64,000 nt of DNA from Nitrosopumilaceae archaeon (lineage in GTDB: Archaea; Thermoproteota; Nitrososphaeria; Nitrososphaerales; Nitrosopumilaceae). Each line of letters starts with the position of its first letter. Position 1 is the first letter of the stretch. Shown one piece after another: positions 29,741-40,425 of this stretch. Below the pieces are notes generated by a model. The model made no database searches and was not told the DNA's origin. It worked only from the letters and a program-made list of their open reading frames with translations. Both the position numbers and the translations under genes were made by a program. The DNA lies in NCBI GenBank assembly GCA_965203465.1, contig CBDBCR010000003.1, positions 256,001 to 320,000 of the forward strand, written 5' to 3'.

Positions 29741-30437
29741 CGCGGCCTCTGTCGTATCGTTCCTGACCGTGCTGCCCGCGCCGCCCGGCACGCTCGAGGG
29801 CGCCGCCAGGCACATGTACCTGTTTCCCGCCGTCGGGGCGCTGGTGGGCGCCGTCGCCGGCGCGCTCGGCGCGGCCCTCTCGCTGGTCGACCCGATAATC
29901 GGGGGGCTCGGCGTCGTCGCCTCGGTGATGGTCCTTACGGGCCTGCACCACGCCGACGGGCTCGCCGACTTTGCCGACGGCCTCATGGCCGGGCCGAAGA
30001 GGGCTTTGGCGGCCATGCGCGACAGCTCGACGGGGACCGCCGGGACGGTGGCAACTTCGCTGTCCGTCGCCGCGCTGGCGGCGCTCTCGTTTTCCGCAGG
30101 CGGCCTGGCGCTGCTCGCGGCGGTGGCAGTCTCGGAGATGCTCGCAAAGACGTGCATCGTGGCGGTCGCCGCGCTGGGCCGCCCCGCCGGGCCCGGCTCG
30201 GGCGCCGAGTTCATGAAGTTTGCCGACCGCCGCCGCCTGGCGGCCGCCGCGGCCTCGGCGGTGGTCCCGGCGTGGCTGGTCTTCGGCTACGACGGGCTGG
30301 CCGCGGCAGGCGCGGCAGGCGCCGCGTGCGCCCTGGTACTGGCCATGTCGAGGCGCACCGGCGGGGTCAACGGCGACGTCATGGGCGCCTCCAACGAGAT
30401 GGGCAGGCTGGCCTCTATGGCCGTGCTCGTGCTCTAG
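29733..30437 (+). CDS. cobS: Adenosylcobinamide-GDP ribazoletransferase
   Basis: FLTVLP, TGLHHADGLADFADG and GGVNGDVMGA motifs. Confidence 0.92.
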   Translation: MHSAASVVSFLTVLPAPPGTLEGAARHMYLFPAVGALVGAVAGALGAALSLVDPIIGGLGVVASVMVLTGLHHADGLADFADGLMAGPKRALAAMRDSSTGTAGTVATSLSVAALAALSFSAGGLALLAAVAVSEMLAKTCIVAVAALGRPAGPGSGAEFMKFADRRRLAAAAASAVVPAWLVFGYDGLAAAGAAGAACALVLAMSRRTGGVNGDVMGASNEMGRLASMAVLVL

Positions 30438-31707
30438 GTATGCGGGCCACCTCGAATCCTTCGGGCCTGCGCCCGGGCGGCACCGTCGCGTCCAGCCCCA
30501 TCTTGGCGGTGAGCAGTTTTTTTTGGTCGCTGGACGGATCGAGGCTCGAGCCGCGCACGCCGCGCAGCACCACCAGGTCCCGGTCGGCCTGGAAGCGCGT
30601 GGCCACCGCGTACTCTACCGATGAGGGATCCTCGGGGTCGATGTCCGCGTCGACCACGACCGCCTGCTTTAGCGATCGGTGCACGGCAAACGCGCTGCGT
30701 ATCACCGACTTTGCTCCGCGCCCCGATCCCACCTGCACCACCGCGTGCATCCACCTGCTGCCGCCGCCGGTCAGGACCGCCCGCCTCACCTGCGGGTGGC
30801 GCTTTTTGAGCTCTATGTTGAGCTTTGACTCGGCGGGCATGCCCATCAGCAGGCGGTGCTCCGAATAGCCCGAGAGCACGTCGTGGTATATGGGCCGGTC
30901 GCGCCAGTACATCCGCTCCAGCTCGAAGACGGGCTGGCGGCGCGGCCGGTCGTAGGTGCGCAGCATCTCGACCATCCACTCCCTCTCCCGCCTGTCCTCG
31001 AGGATGCGCCCCTCCATGACTATCTCGGAGCCGTCCGGCACCGACAGCCCCGAGTACGGCAGGCGGCGCACGCGCAGCCTGCCGCCCAGCAGCCGGTTGG
31101 CGATGCCCAGCTCGCCCAGCCCCCACCGGTGCTGGTAGGCGCCAGCTATCGAGACCGCCGGGTGCACCCCGACGGTGACGGCCACGCGCAGATCCTCGCC
31201 GCCGGCGCGCGCGTGCTCGAAGCACCTGTCCAGGTGCCGGCCCTCGACCATGCGCACGGTAAAGTGCCTGCCGTCGAGCGGCATCATGCGGTGGAACGAG
31301 AGGTTCTGCGCGCCGGTCTGCGGGTTTTTGGCGTAGATGATGGAGGTCGTTATGAACGGGCCCGGCTCTTTGGAAAAGTGGCGCACGACGGGCAGCCCCG
31401 ACGCGCTGCGCGACGAGTTGGACTCGAACGGGGCCGAGGGGGCCGCGCGCGGATCGCGCGCCGAGGCTACCGCGCGCGAGAGCCGCGCATAGACGTCCGC
31501 CGAGCCTGCCGCCAGCGCGAACCTTGCGCGAGTGCCGACGAGGTTGGCGACCACGCGGAACTTGCCCACCTTTTCGAACAGGAGCGCCGGGCCGCCGTCG
31601 GCCGCCGCCGTGGCGGCGGCTATCTCGTAGCGCGGCGAGGCGGGCGACTTTACGCGCCTCAGCTGGCCGCGGCCCAGCGACTTGACGTACGAGCGCAGGT
31701 CATCCAC
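30415..31707 (-). CDS. UbiD-family decarboxylase
   Basis: [36 protein letters not shown]. Could be the anhydromevalonate-phosphate decarboxylase of the archaeal mevalonate route (inference). Confidence 0.9.
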   Translation of the reverse strand: MDDLRSYVKSLGRGQLRRVKSPASPRYEIAAATAAADGGPALLFEKVGKFRVVANLVGTRARFALAAGSADVYARLSRAVASARDPRAAPSAPFESNSSRSASGLPVVRHFSKEPGPFITTSIIYAKNPQTGAQNLSFHRMMPLDGRHFTVRMVEGRHLDRCFEHARAGGEDLRVAVTVGVHPAVSIAGAYQHRWGLGELGIANRLLGGRLRVRRLPYSGLSVPDGSEIVMEGRILEDRREREWMVEMLRTYDRPRRQPVFELERMYWRDRPIYHDVLSGYSEHRLLMGMPAESKLNIELKKRHPQVRRAVLTGGGSRWMHAVVQVGSGRGAKSVIRSAFAVHRSLKQAVVVDADIDPEDPSSVEYAVATRFQADRDLVVLRGVRGSSLDPSSDQKKLLTAKMGLDATVPPGRRPEGFEVARIPRARARP

Positions 31708-32029
31708 TGCCCGCCAGCTCCTTGACCGCCGACGCGACCGCGCGCGCCGAGGCCTCGTCCAGCTCGTCGGTGCCCACCGACGCTATCGATATTCCCCCCG
31801 TCTGCCTGCACGCCTTTTCCGAGACGAGGCGCACGAACGGCGATCCCGCGCGCGACGGTATCACCGTGGTGCTGACCGGCCCCGCGCCGCCCGGCAGCGA
31901 GGCCTCCACCGCGCCGAGCCTGCGCCCGCCTTCCGTGACGGAAACGAAGATTCCGTTGCCGAACCTTATTGCCTCGACCAAAAACCGGCGATCGCCGGAC
32001 TCGACCGAGCGCGACGCGTAACCGGACAT
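31700..32029 (-). CDS. Hypothetical protein
   Basis: Globular-looking ORF tightly packed between neighbouring genes. Confidence 0.6.
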   Translation of the reverse strand: MSGYASRSVESGDRRFLVEAIRFGNGIFVSVTEGGRRLGAVEASLPGGAGPVSTTVIPSRAGSPFVRLVSEKACRQTGGISIASVGTDELDEASARAVASAVKELAGSG

Positions 32030-32030
32030 G

Positions 32031-32483
32031 TCACGCCTTTTTGGCGGCGGGTTTTTTGGCCGCCGGTTTCTTGGCCTCCGGCTTTTTGGCGGCCGGCTTC
32101 GCAGTTGCCGGCTTTTGGGCCGCGGGCTTTGCGGCTGCCGGCTTTGCGGCTGCCGGCTTTGCGGCTGCCGGCTTTGCGGCTGCCGGCTTTGCGGCTGCCG
32201 GCTTTGCGGCTGCCGGCTTTGCGGCTGCCGGTTTTTTGGCGGCCGGTTTCTTGCGCGTCGTCTTGATCTCCTTGGAGTCGGCCTCTACGCGCGCGCGCAG
32301 CTTTGCCTTGTACTTTAGGTTGCGCGGCTTTGTGCGGAGGCGGTACCCGCAGCAGGGGCACCAGAGCCCCTCCCACTTTATGAAAATCTCGCATATCTGG
32401 CAACGCCGCTGGCCCGAGGCGTACCTGCCGGTGCCGACCGGCTTTTGCGCCTTGTACCGGATGCAGATGCCCTTGCACGTCAT
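32031..32483 (-). CDS. Zn-finger protein with histone H1/AlgP-like Lys-Ala-Pro tail
   Basis: CKGIC, RCQICE and WCPCCG motifs, then KPAAA repeats. Confidence 0.8.
   Translation of the reverse strand: MTCKGICIRYKAQKPVGTGRYASGQRRCQICEIFIKWEGLWCPCCGYRLRTKPRNLKYKAKLRARVEADSKEIKTTRKKPAAKKPAAAKPAAAKPAAAKPAAAKPAAAKPAAAKPAAAKPAAQKPATAKPAAKKPEAKKPAAKKPAAKKA
32125..32229. repeat. 15-bp tandem repeat x7
   Basis: GGCTTTGCGGCTGCC, seven exact copies. Confidence 0.95.
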
Positions 32484-32692
32484 GCTGTCGTATTCTAAAG
32501 TTATGTATATAAGGATGGATCCCCATAATTTCTCCAAAACGTGCCGTTTAGCGCGATTCTGCGCTTCAGGCGGGACGAAACGCGCACTGCGTACACGTAA
32601 AGCCCGCTCCCGGACGAAATATTGGACAGCGGCGATCAAAAACCGGGCCGCCTGTCGAAGGTTAATAAGGAAAAATGCGCGCAGGGCCGCGC

Positions 32693-33517
32693 ATGGCCAC
32701 TAAGGCGAGCATAACGGTCGTCGGGCCAGACAGGGAGGGCATCGTAGCCGCCTTTACCAGCTTTGTCTTTGAAAACGGCGGCAACATCGAAAAAATAAAC
32801 CAGAACGTCATGGACGGCGTGTTCGGCATGCACATGCAGGCCGCGTTCTCTAGGTACGGCGCCCGGGTGGAGCGCGGGCTGGAGGGGCTGGCCGCCGAGC
32901 ACGGCATGGACGTCAACGTGCACGTGGGCAGGCGCGCAAGGAGCATAGCCGTGTTCGTGACCAAAGAGCCGCACTGCCTCAGGGCGCTGCTGGCAGAAAA
33001 GCGGGGCCTCGCGGGCAGGATCTCGGTGGTGGTCGGCACCGAGGAGACGCTGCGCCCCGTGGCGAGGGAGTCTGGCGTGCCGTTCGTGTGCGTCTCTGCC
33101 AAGGATCAAAAGTCCGCCGAGGAGCAGATCATAAGGGCGTGCAAAAAGTATTCAGTGGACTTGATACTTTTGGCGCGCTACATGAGGATACTGACGCCCA
33201 ACTTCGTCTGGAGGTACCCCGAGCGCATAATCAACGTGCACCCGTCCCTGCTTCCGGCGTTCCCCGGGGCCTTGGCGTACTGGCAGGCCTTCGAGCGCGG
33301 CACAAAGATAGCCGGCGTTACGTGCCACTACGTCACCGAGAACCTCGACCAGGGCCCGATAATAATCCAGGAATCGTTCAGGATCGGCGCCGGCGACACC
33401 ATAGAGAAGATAAAGGAGAGGGGGCGCAGGCTGGAGGCGCGGGCCCTGCTCAAGGCGGCCAGGCTCCACATATCCGGGAGGCTCGAGGTGCGCTGGAGAA
33501 AGGTGCGCGTGTCCTGA
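32693..33517 (+). CDS. purU: Formyltetrahydrofolate deformylase
   Basis: N-terminal ACT domain, [26 protein letters not shown]. Confidence 0.92.
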   Translation: MATKASITVVGPDREGIVAAFTSFVFENGGNIEKINQNVMDGVFGMHMQAAFSRYGARVERGLEGLAAEHGMDVNVHVGRRARSIAVFVTKEPHCLRALLAEKRGLAGRISVVVGTEETLRPVARESGVPFVCVSAKDQKSAEEQIIRACKKYSVDLILLARYMRILTPNFVWRYPERIINVHPSLLPAFPGALAYWQAFERGTKIAGVTCHYVTENLDQGPIIIQESFRIGAGDTIEKIKERGRRLEARALLKAARLHISGRLEVRWRKVRVS

Positions 33518-34173
33518 CGCCCTCCGATCCGCAGGTGCGCGCCATGTCCGGTAGGCCGGCGGTCGTGCCGGTCGGCGCCACCGAGCAGCACGGGCCGCAC
33601 CTGCCGGTAACAACTGACACCGACATCGCATCGGCCCTCTCGTCGCGGCTGGCAGAGAAGATAGGCGCCCTGCTGATGCCGGCCGTGCAGTACGGCGTCT
33701 CGTTCGAGCACGCGCCGCTCTTCCAGGCGAGCGTGCCGCCCGGCGTGCTGGCGTCCCAAGTGGAGTGGCTGTGCAGGTCGGTTTCCTCGTACGGCATCGG
33801 GCCGGTCTTTGTGGTCAACGGCCACCACGGCAACGTGCAAGCGCTGGCGCGCGCGCGCGGCGCGCGCGTGCTCCACTACTGGAAGTTCGCGGAAAAGTTC
33901 GACCACGCCGGGCGCGTCGAGACATCGCTGATGCTGGCCCTCTGCGGCGGCGTGCGCATGGACCTCGCCCCCTCTGGGCTCGACGAGGAATCCCTGGACG
34001 GGGCTGGGCTGGAAAAGGCGAGGAGGCTCGCGTCCAGGTCCTTTCCGGAGGCGACCGGCGGCGGCGTGTGGGGCGATCCGCGCGGGGCCACCGCCGGCGA
34101 GGGCCAAGAGATCGCCTCGCGCGTGGTAGAGGCCATGGCCTCCGAGTGCCGCGCGGCCATGCTCGCCCGGTAG
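33514..34173 (+). CDS. Creatininase/ArfB-family amidohydrolase
   Basis: PVGATEQHGPHLP, NGHHGN, HAGRVETS, GVWGDP; start uncertain. Confidence 0.85.
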   Translation: MTPSDPQVRAMSGRPAVVPVGATEQHGPHLPVTTDTDIASALSSRLAEKIGALLMPAVQYGVSFEHAPLFQASVPPGVLASQVEWLCRSVSSYGIGPVFVVNGHHGNVQALARARGARVLHYWKFAEKFDHAGRVETSLMLALCGGVRMDLAPSGLDEESLDGAGLEKARRLASRSFPEATGGGVWGDPRGATAGEGQEIASRVVEAMASECRAAMLAR

Positions 34174-35876
34174 CGGCACCCCGCTGGGGGCGCGCGCAAC
34201 GTTCGTCTGCCTAGAACGCCAGCCCAAACCAGTCGCGGATAAGCCCAACCTCCCGTCCGCATCGTGCGCCAGATTGTGCAGGCAGGATAGAAGCGACGAT
34301 CCCTGGGGCTAGCCGAGGGCCAGCAGGCGCAAATTGCACGCGTCGGTTTTGGCCACGGTAGGAGAGCGCGATCCAGACATTCGGCATCCTTTTTCACGGC
34401 GAACTTGCCTGTTGCGCGACCCGGCGCGGTCTCCCCCTCCCAAGATCTCGCACGAACAGGATCTCCGCCCGTTGCTTGGCCACGGATCGCATGCCTTATA
34501 CGGGGCGGTGTTCCACCGCGGGTACCCGTGCTTGAATCCCTTGGGCCGATACGGGATGTATCGGCTATGCCTTGGGCTCATGTGAGTACGGCACCCTTGA
34601 ATCTCTCGAACGTCTCTGCTATCTGCCCCCCATTCATCGATCTGAATTATACCCGGAGGCTCATTGCCCCCGTTGCTGGCCCAAGCGATGGCGTCTGCGA
34701 TCTTGTGGGCGCGGTCTTACATGCATGAACGCAGCCCGACATTGGTCACGAGGTTCTTGCAGTCATCTTCACACTCGGCTGCGAGGCATGTTGGTGCGAA
34801 TCCGCGCTTGGAGACTCCGTCTTGCCACGCACGGTTCTGAAGTAGCGTTGATCGTACAAACGACAACTGGGTGCACTTATGGTCGTCTCGATCTACTTAA
34901 ACATCCGATGCAATGGACGCGGTTTCTTCTCCCCGTCTCCCAAAAGCACCGCGCGCAAGATCGCCGGGTGGCAGATTGCGGGCTTTCGGCGCCGATCCTA
35001 ACGCCTTACGCATCCTGCCGACCTATAACACCGCTCAGACGTATTTCCCCCACCCCAGCCTGCGCCCGAAGGGCGGGAAGGAAATTGCCTCGGCGTGGTG
35101 TTGTAAGACACCGGATCAAGAGCAGCGGCGCGCCGGCCAAAGGCCGCATCTGCCACGATGCGGTAATTGCCAACCCAGCACTTGTACTAACAAGAGTTTG
35201 CCGACCTGACGATTTTCCCGCAGGATCTTCCAAAACGCGCCGGGCCGCGCCAGCTATGCGCCCGCCCCCGCCGCGGGCAATTTCGCCTAGATCCCGCCCT
35301 GCCAGCCCACTCTGCTCCAGGTCATGCCCGTATCCTCGCTTGGCCTCGTGGTGCACGCACCGACCTTCCTCGAACTCTTTTCTTGCTCGGCACCAAGAAT
35401 GTCCCGCCATGTTGATCCGTCGTCCCCCGTCCCGTCAAGACCGGTTCCACATCTGCCTCTACGGGCCGGTTCTCGGCTTGCGCCATGGCAGCGGATTCGT
35501 CAGACGTGCGGGTCGCGGCCACGCCAGTGAGCGGTTTTTGCGGCAAATAAGCCGTCCGAGGGCAGGATTGGAAAATGCGCCCCGGATCGGCCGCCCAGAT
35601 CGCGGACAGGCCGGGACGCGCTTCACGCCGCCGAATCGTGCGCGGTCGGACGGGAGGCTCCCGCCAGGGGCCGACGCATGGCCGGCGGCGCAGTCCGCGC
35701 GCCGGCGGCCGTTTTCGGTTTTGTTCGGCAATTCCCCGATCCGTGCCTGAGCGGAGCCGTTTTTTGGCCGATCCGGCCACGGCGCAGGCACGAAAATGCG
35801 AATTGTCGAACACAGCCCCGTTTTCGCAACTGATTTATGCAGGCAGTTTTCGACCCCGCCCGTGGCAAGAGGCTCC

Positions 35877-36512
35877 ATGATGAGGCGGCGGAGGGGCAGG
35901 CCGCGCGCGCAGGCGGCGCCCAAGGCCGATCGCTCAAAGAGGGTCAGAAAGTCCATAGAGGCCGCCGCAGAGGCCCTGCAGTCGGCCCACGATTCGCGCG
36001 AGTTCCTTCTGCGCAACACGCGCACGGCGGTCCTGACGTCGGGCCGCGCCATAATGGAGATACACCGCGAAAACTACCGCGAGGCCGAAAAGATGATAGC
36101 CGCGGCGTCGGGGATGATAGAGGAATACAGGAAAAAGGCGCCGGCCGGCCTGCGGTACCTGCTAGTCACCTCCGAGCAGGAGATGGTCGAGGCAAGCGCG
36201 CTGCTCGCCGTGGCGCGCGGCAGGCAGATCCCCACGTCGTCGTCCCTCGGCGTCTCCAACGAGGGGTACGTGCTGGGCATGATGGATTCGCTCGGCGAGA
36301 TAAAGCGCCATGTGGTGGATCTGCTCAGGCGCAACGAGGCGGCGCGCGCGCGCCGGGCGTTCGAGAGGATGGAGGAAATGTACTCTATGCTGTACCCGTT
36401 CGCCGCGATGGACCGCGTGCTGAAAGAGGCGCGCCGCAAGATGGACGTAGGGCGCATCCAGCTCGAAGACGCCCGCGTGCTGCTCGTCCAGGCGCACATC
36501 GCCGGCAGGTAG
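35877..36512 (+). CDS. Translin-family RNA-binding protein
   Basis: AIMEIHR, QEMVEA and YVLGMMDSLGEIKR motifs. Confidence 0.8.
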   Translation: MMRRRRGRPRAQAAPKADRSKRVRKSIEAAAEALQSAHDSREFLLRNTRTAVLTSGRAIMEIHRENYREAEKMIAAASGMIEEYRKKAPAGLRYLLVTSEQEMVEASALLAVARGRQIPTSSSLGVSNEGYVLGMMDSLGEIKRHVVDLLRRNEAARARRAFERMEEMYSMLYPFAAMDRVLKEARRKMDVGRIQLEDARVLLVQAHIAGR

Positions 36513-36574
36513 CGGGCCCGGCTTTTTGGAAAAGGCAGGTCTACAGGCGGCTCTGCCCGCGCCGGAAATTTGAA

Positions 36575-36659
36575 TGCGGGCGATGGGATTCGAACCCACG
36601 AACTCCTGAGAGACTAGCCCCTCAAGCTAGCGCCTTTGGCCAGTCTGGGCGACGCCCGC
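36575..36659 (-). tRNA. tRNA-Leu (anticodon GAG)
   Basis: Acceptor GCGGGCG/CGCCCGC, anticodon arm CTAGC-TTGAGGG-GCTAG, long variable arm, GTTCGAATC T-loop. Confidence 0.95.
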
Positions 36660-36709
36660 GCCGCGCGGTCCTTGCATGGTTTTTATAATCCTTGGCGGCG
36701 GCCGCACGC

Positions 36710-36946
36710 ATGCTGGTTCCCGTGCGCTGTTTCACGTGCGGCAACCTGATTGCCGACAAGCACAAAGAGTACAAGGAGCGCATCGCCGCCGGCGACGAAT
36801 CGGGCGCGGCGCTCGACGCGGTCGGCGCAAAGAGGTACTGCTGCAGGCGCATGCTGCTCACGTCCATGGAGACGGTGCGCCAGATAATACCGTTCTACGA
36901 GGCAATGCACAGGCGCCGCCAGGAAGTCCAGTCAGAGCTAGAGTAG
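36710..36946 (+). CDS. rpoN: RNA polymerase subunit Rpo10 (N)
   Basis: PVRCFTCG and RYCCRRMLL motifs. Confidence 0.95.
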   Translation: MLVPVRCFTCGNLIADKHKEYKERIAAGDESGAALDAVGAKRYCCRRMLLTSMETVRQIIPFYEAMHRRRQEVQSELE

Positions 36947-36947
36947 G

Positions 36948-38177
36948 TTGCCCTCCATAACTGAACTGCGCGGCAGGCTGGTGCGCGACAGCCGCGGATC
37001 AAAGACGGTCGAGGTCGACGTGACGGCCGACGGCAAGTTCACCGGCAGGGCCTCGGCGCCGTCTGGCGCGAGCGTCGGCATCCACGAGGCCACGGGCTTT
37101 CCGGGCTCGCCGGAGGCGTGCCTCGCGGTCCTCGAAAAGAACGCCTCGCGCTTCGTCGGCGCCGATCCGTCCAGCCTAAAGGGAGTGCACGACGCGCTCA
37201 GGGAGATGGACCCCACCCCAAAGTACGAGGTGTGCGGCGGCGGGGTGGCGTTTGCGGTCACGCTGGCCTCTGCCGACGCGGCGGCCAAAGCTTTGGGCGA
37301 GCCGCTCTTTTGCGTCCTGTCCGACCGAGAGCCGCAGCTGCCGCGCCCGCTCGGCAACGTGCTGGGGGGCGGCGCGCACGCCGGCCCCGGCACGCCGGAC
37401 ATCCAGGAGGTGCTGGTGTGCGCGACGGGCGCAAAGACGGCCGCCGAGGCGGTCGATGCCAACGCGCAGGTCCACGCGCAGCTGGGCAAGATGCTGCTGG
37501 AGGATCCGTCGTTTACCGGCGGCAGGGGCGACGAGGGCGGCTGGGCCCCGCGCATGCGCAGCGAGGACGCGGTGGAGGCCGCCGCGCGCGCGATAGAAAA
37601 GCTCGGGTACACGCTGGGCGAGGAGGTCTCGCTGGGCATAGACTTTGCCGCCTCTACGATGTGGAAGTCCGGCTCGTACGAGTACTCGCGCGACGGCGCC
37701 ACCAGGTCGGCGGGCGAGCAGGAGGATTTTGTGGCCGGGCTGGCAGAAAAGTTCAAGCTGATATACGCGGAAGACCCCGTCCACGAGGAGGACTTCGAGG
37801 GCGCCGCTCGCCTCACAAAGAGGCTGCCGCGCACCATGGTGGCAGGCGACGACCTGACCGTGACCAGCGCCTCCATCCTCGAGAGGGCCGCGGCGTCGGG
37901 CTCGTGCAGCGGGGCCATACTCAAGGTCAACCAGGCGGGCAGCCTGCACGACGCCATGGAGTTCGCCTCGGCCGCCCGGAGGCTCGGCGTGGGCACCGTC
38001 ACGTCCCACCGCTCCGGCGAGACGTGCGATCCCCACATCGTCCACGTGGGCGTGGCCGCCGGCTCCGCGATGCTAAAGTCGGGCATAGTCGGCGGCGAGC
38101 GCGTCGCCAAGTCCAACGAGCTGCTCCGCCTCTCGGAGCATGATTTAATACACAGCCTCCGGGCGGTGGCAAGGTGA
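36948..38177 (+). CDS. eno: Enolase
   Basis: DSRG, PSGAS, GDEGG, ILKVNQ, SHRSGET motifs. Confidence 0.95.
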   Translation: MPSITELRGRLVRDSRGSKTVEVDVTADGKFTGRASAPSGASVGIHEATGFPGSPEACLAVLEKNASRFVGADPSSLKGVHDALREMDPTPKYEVCGGGVAFAVTLASADAAAKALGEPLFCVLSDREPQLPRPLGNVLGGGAHAGPGTPDIQEVLVCATGAKTAAEAVDANAQVHAQLGKMLLEDPSFTGGRGDEGGWAPRMRSEDAVEAAARAIEKLGYTLGEEVSLGIDFAASTMWKSGSYEYSRDGATRSAGEQEDFVAGLAEKFKLIYAEDPVHEEDFEGAARLTKRLPRTMVAGDDLTVTSASILERAAASGSCSGAILKVNQAGSLHDAMEFASAARRLGVGTVTSHRSGETCDPHIVHVGVAAGSAMLKSGIVGGERVAKSNELLRLSEHDLIHSLRAVAR

Positions 38178-38788
38178 GCCACCAGATCCCCGACATGCGC
38201 AGGGAGATACTCGCAGCCGAGGTCAACAAGGGCACCGAGGTAAAGACCACCTTCATGGAGCAGTTCGTCACAAAGTCCGATTCGCGCGGGTTCTACATGA
38301 TGGACGCCGACGCCACGCTTGCCCGCATAAAGACGGCCGCCAAAATGGTGGTCAGGATAGGCGCCGGCAACTTGATAGTGTGCTCTGGGCGCCAGAACGC
38401 GGACAGGCCGGCCGGCATGATGGCAGAGGCCGTCGGCGCAAAGGCGCTGCTGGGCAGGTTCATGCCGGGCACGCTGACCAACCCGTCGCTCCCCTACTAC
38501 ATAGAGCCAAAGCTGGCGATGATATCGGATCCCCAGATAGACACGCAGGCCATCGTGGAGGCCACCAACGCTGGCATACCCGTCATCGGCATGGCCAGCA
38601 CCGACAACATCACGTCCAACGTAGACCTGGTGATACCCGCCAACAACAGGGGGCGCAGGTCCATCGCAGCCGTGTATTGGATGCTGGCGCGCCAGATACT
38701 CGTAGAGCAGGAGAGGATGGAAGAGGGAGCCGAGATGGAGCAGTCGGTGGACGACTTTGCCGCAAAGATCACCGACGAGGACGAGTAG
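38174..38788 (+). CDS. rps2: 30S ribosomal protein S2
   Basis: GRFMPGTLTNP and DLVIPANNRG motifs. Confidence 0.95.
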   Translation: MSHQIPDMRREILAAEVNKGTEVKTTFMEQFVTKSDSRGFYMMDADATLARIKTAAKMVVRIGAGNLIVCSGRQNADRPAGMMAEAVGAKALLGRFMPGTLTNPSLPYYIEPKLAMISDPQIDTQAIVEATNAGIPVIGMASTDNITSNVDLVIPANNRGRRSIAAVYWMLARQILVEQERMEEGAEMEQSVDDFAAKITDEDE

Positions 38789-39665
38789 CGCCTCGGCGCC
38801 CGGCAAGGTGATACTGTTCGGGGAGCACTTTGTGGTGCACGGGACCGGCGCGGTGCTGGCCGCCATAACGCCGCGGGCGCGCGCCGTCGCCCGCCCGCTC
38901 GGCGCGCCGCAGATAAGCGTCGAGACGCACTACGCCTCCGAGACCGTTGCGCGCGGCGGGGCCGGCTCGCGCCTGGGCCCGCTGGTACGCGCAGCGGAGG
39001 CGGCGCTGGAGGAGAACTGCGACGAGAACGGCATGAGCGTCAGGCTGGAGTCGGACATTCCCGGAGGCATGGGGCTGGGTGCCTCGTCGGCCGCCTGCGT
39101 GGCCGTGGCCGGCGCGGCCTTTGGGCTGTACGGCAGGCCGTCGGCCGAAAAAGTCGCGCGCGCGGCCCTCGAGGCGGAGCGATCCGAGTTTCCCGCCGCC
39201 TCGGGGGCCGACCACGCGGCCTGCGCGCACGGGGGCGCGATTTACTTTGACGGCGCCGTGCGGCGCCTCCGAGTCTCGCCCCGCCTGCGCCCGGTGGTGG
39301 TGCCCTCCTCGTCGAGGCACCGCACGGCCCGCATGGTGGAGATAGCCGGCAGGTTCCGAAAGTCCGATCCGGCCAGGTTCGAAGAGCTGTGCCGCACGGT
39401 CTCGGCCATCATGGAGCGCGCCGAGCCCATGCTGGCCTCTGGCGACGCCGGCGGCCTGGCCTCGCTGATGCTCCAGAACCACGCCTGCCTGCGCGAGCTT
39501 GGCGTCTCCAACCCGGAGCTGGACGGCATCGTGGAGCAGATGGGCGGCGGCAAGATGACCGGCGCCGGCGGCGGAGGGTGCGCCGTCTCGGTCTCGGACG
39601 GGCCGGCGCGCGCGCCCGGCGCCATGGACGTGGGGATGGACGCGCGCGGCCTGGAAGTTTTTTAA
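38757..39665 (+). CDS. mvk: Mevalonate kinase
   Basis: APGKVILFGEH, PGGMGLGASSA, KMTGAGGGG motifs. Confidence 0.9.
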   Translation: MPQRSPTRTSSASAPGKVILFGEHFVVHGTGAVLAAITPRARAVARPLGAPQISVETHYASETVARGGAGSRLGPLVRAAEAALEENCDENGMSVRLESDIPGGMGLGASSAACVAVAGAAFGLYGRPSAEKVARAALEAERSEFPAASGADHAACAHGGAIYFDGAVRRLRVSPRLRPVVVPSSSRHRTARMVEIAGRFRKSDPARFEELCRTVSAIMERAEPMLASGDAGGLASLMLQNHACLRELGVSNPELDGIVEQMGGGKMTGAGGGGCAVSVSDGPARAPGAMDVGMDARGLEVF

Positions 39666-39687
39666 CCGGCCTGCCCGGCGCCGGGCC

Positions 39688-40425
39688 GTGATACTGGTAA
39701 AGCTGGGCGGCTCGCTGATAACCGAAAAGTCCGGAAAGGAAGAGTACAGGCCCCGCGCGGCCTCGGCCGTGGCGCGCGCCCTGGCGCGCGTAAGCGAGCC
39801 GCTCATCGTGGTGCACGGGGGCGGCTCGTACGGCCACTACTGGTCGGTGAGGCACGGCATGCACACCAAGCCCGGCATGACCGGCGCGCGCGGCGTGGCG
39901 CGCGTCAAGAACTCCATGGCCGAGCTCAATTCGAGGGTGCTGGCCACGATGTACGGGGCCGGCCTGTCCCCGTACTGCATGCCGCCCTCGTCGCTGGTGT
40001 CGGGAAAGAAGCTTCTGCCGGCGCGCGCAAAAGAGGCCGAGCGCGTGGCAAAGGCCGGCATGATCCCGGTCACGTACGGCGACGCGCTCTGGTGCGGCGG
40101 CGGCAGGACGTACATACTGTCCGGCGACAGGCTCATGAGCATGCTGGCCCCGGCAGTCGGGGCCAGGCTGGCCGTGTTCGCCACCGACGTAGACGGCGTG
40201 CTCGGCCCGGACGGGGGCCTCGTCGCCGAGATGGGCGGGCGGCGCGCGGCGACCCTGCCGGTGCGCGGCGACGTGACCGGCGGCATGGCGAGGAAGGTCT
40301 CCGAGGCGCGCCGCATGGCGCGCTCGGGCGCCGACGTGCTGATAGCCAACGGGGAAAGGCCGAATAGGCTGATATATGCCGCGCGCGGGTCGCGGATGCA
40401 TGGGACGCTCTTCCGGGGAAGATGA
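39688..40425 (+). CDS. Isopentenyl phosphate kinase
   Basis: KLGGSLIT, VHGGGSYGH, LSGD, DVTGGMARK motifs. Confidence 0.9.
   Translation: MILVKLGGSLITEKSGKEEYRPRAASAVARALARVSEPLIVVHGGGSYGHYWSVRHGMHTKPGMTGARGVARVKNSMAELNSRVLATMYGAGLSPYCMPPSSLVSGKKLLPARAKEAERVAKAGMIPVTYGDALWCGGGRTYILSGDRLMSMLAPAVGARLAVFATDVDGVLGPDGGLVAEMGGRRAATLPVRGDVTGGMARKVSEARRMARSGADVLIANGERPNRLIYAARGSRMHGTLFRGR

Noticed and set aside
30517-30524. T8 run in the UbiD gene (and a similar run near 5117) as phase-variation sites
   Set aside because: Short, in frame (Lys-Lys codons), and the genes are intact.
9601-32229. Short tandem repeats (24-bp, 21-bp, 15-bp) as possible CRISPR arrays
   Set aside because: They are contiguous with no unique spacers, have lengths in multiples of 3 within coding frames, and no cas genes are in the window.
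34572-35750. 392-aa ORF on the + strand
   Set aside because: Arg/Pro/Cys-rich composition with no motifs; likely spurious.
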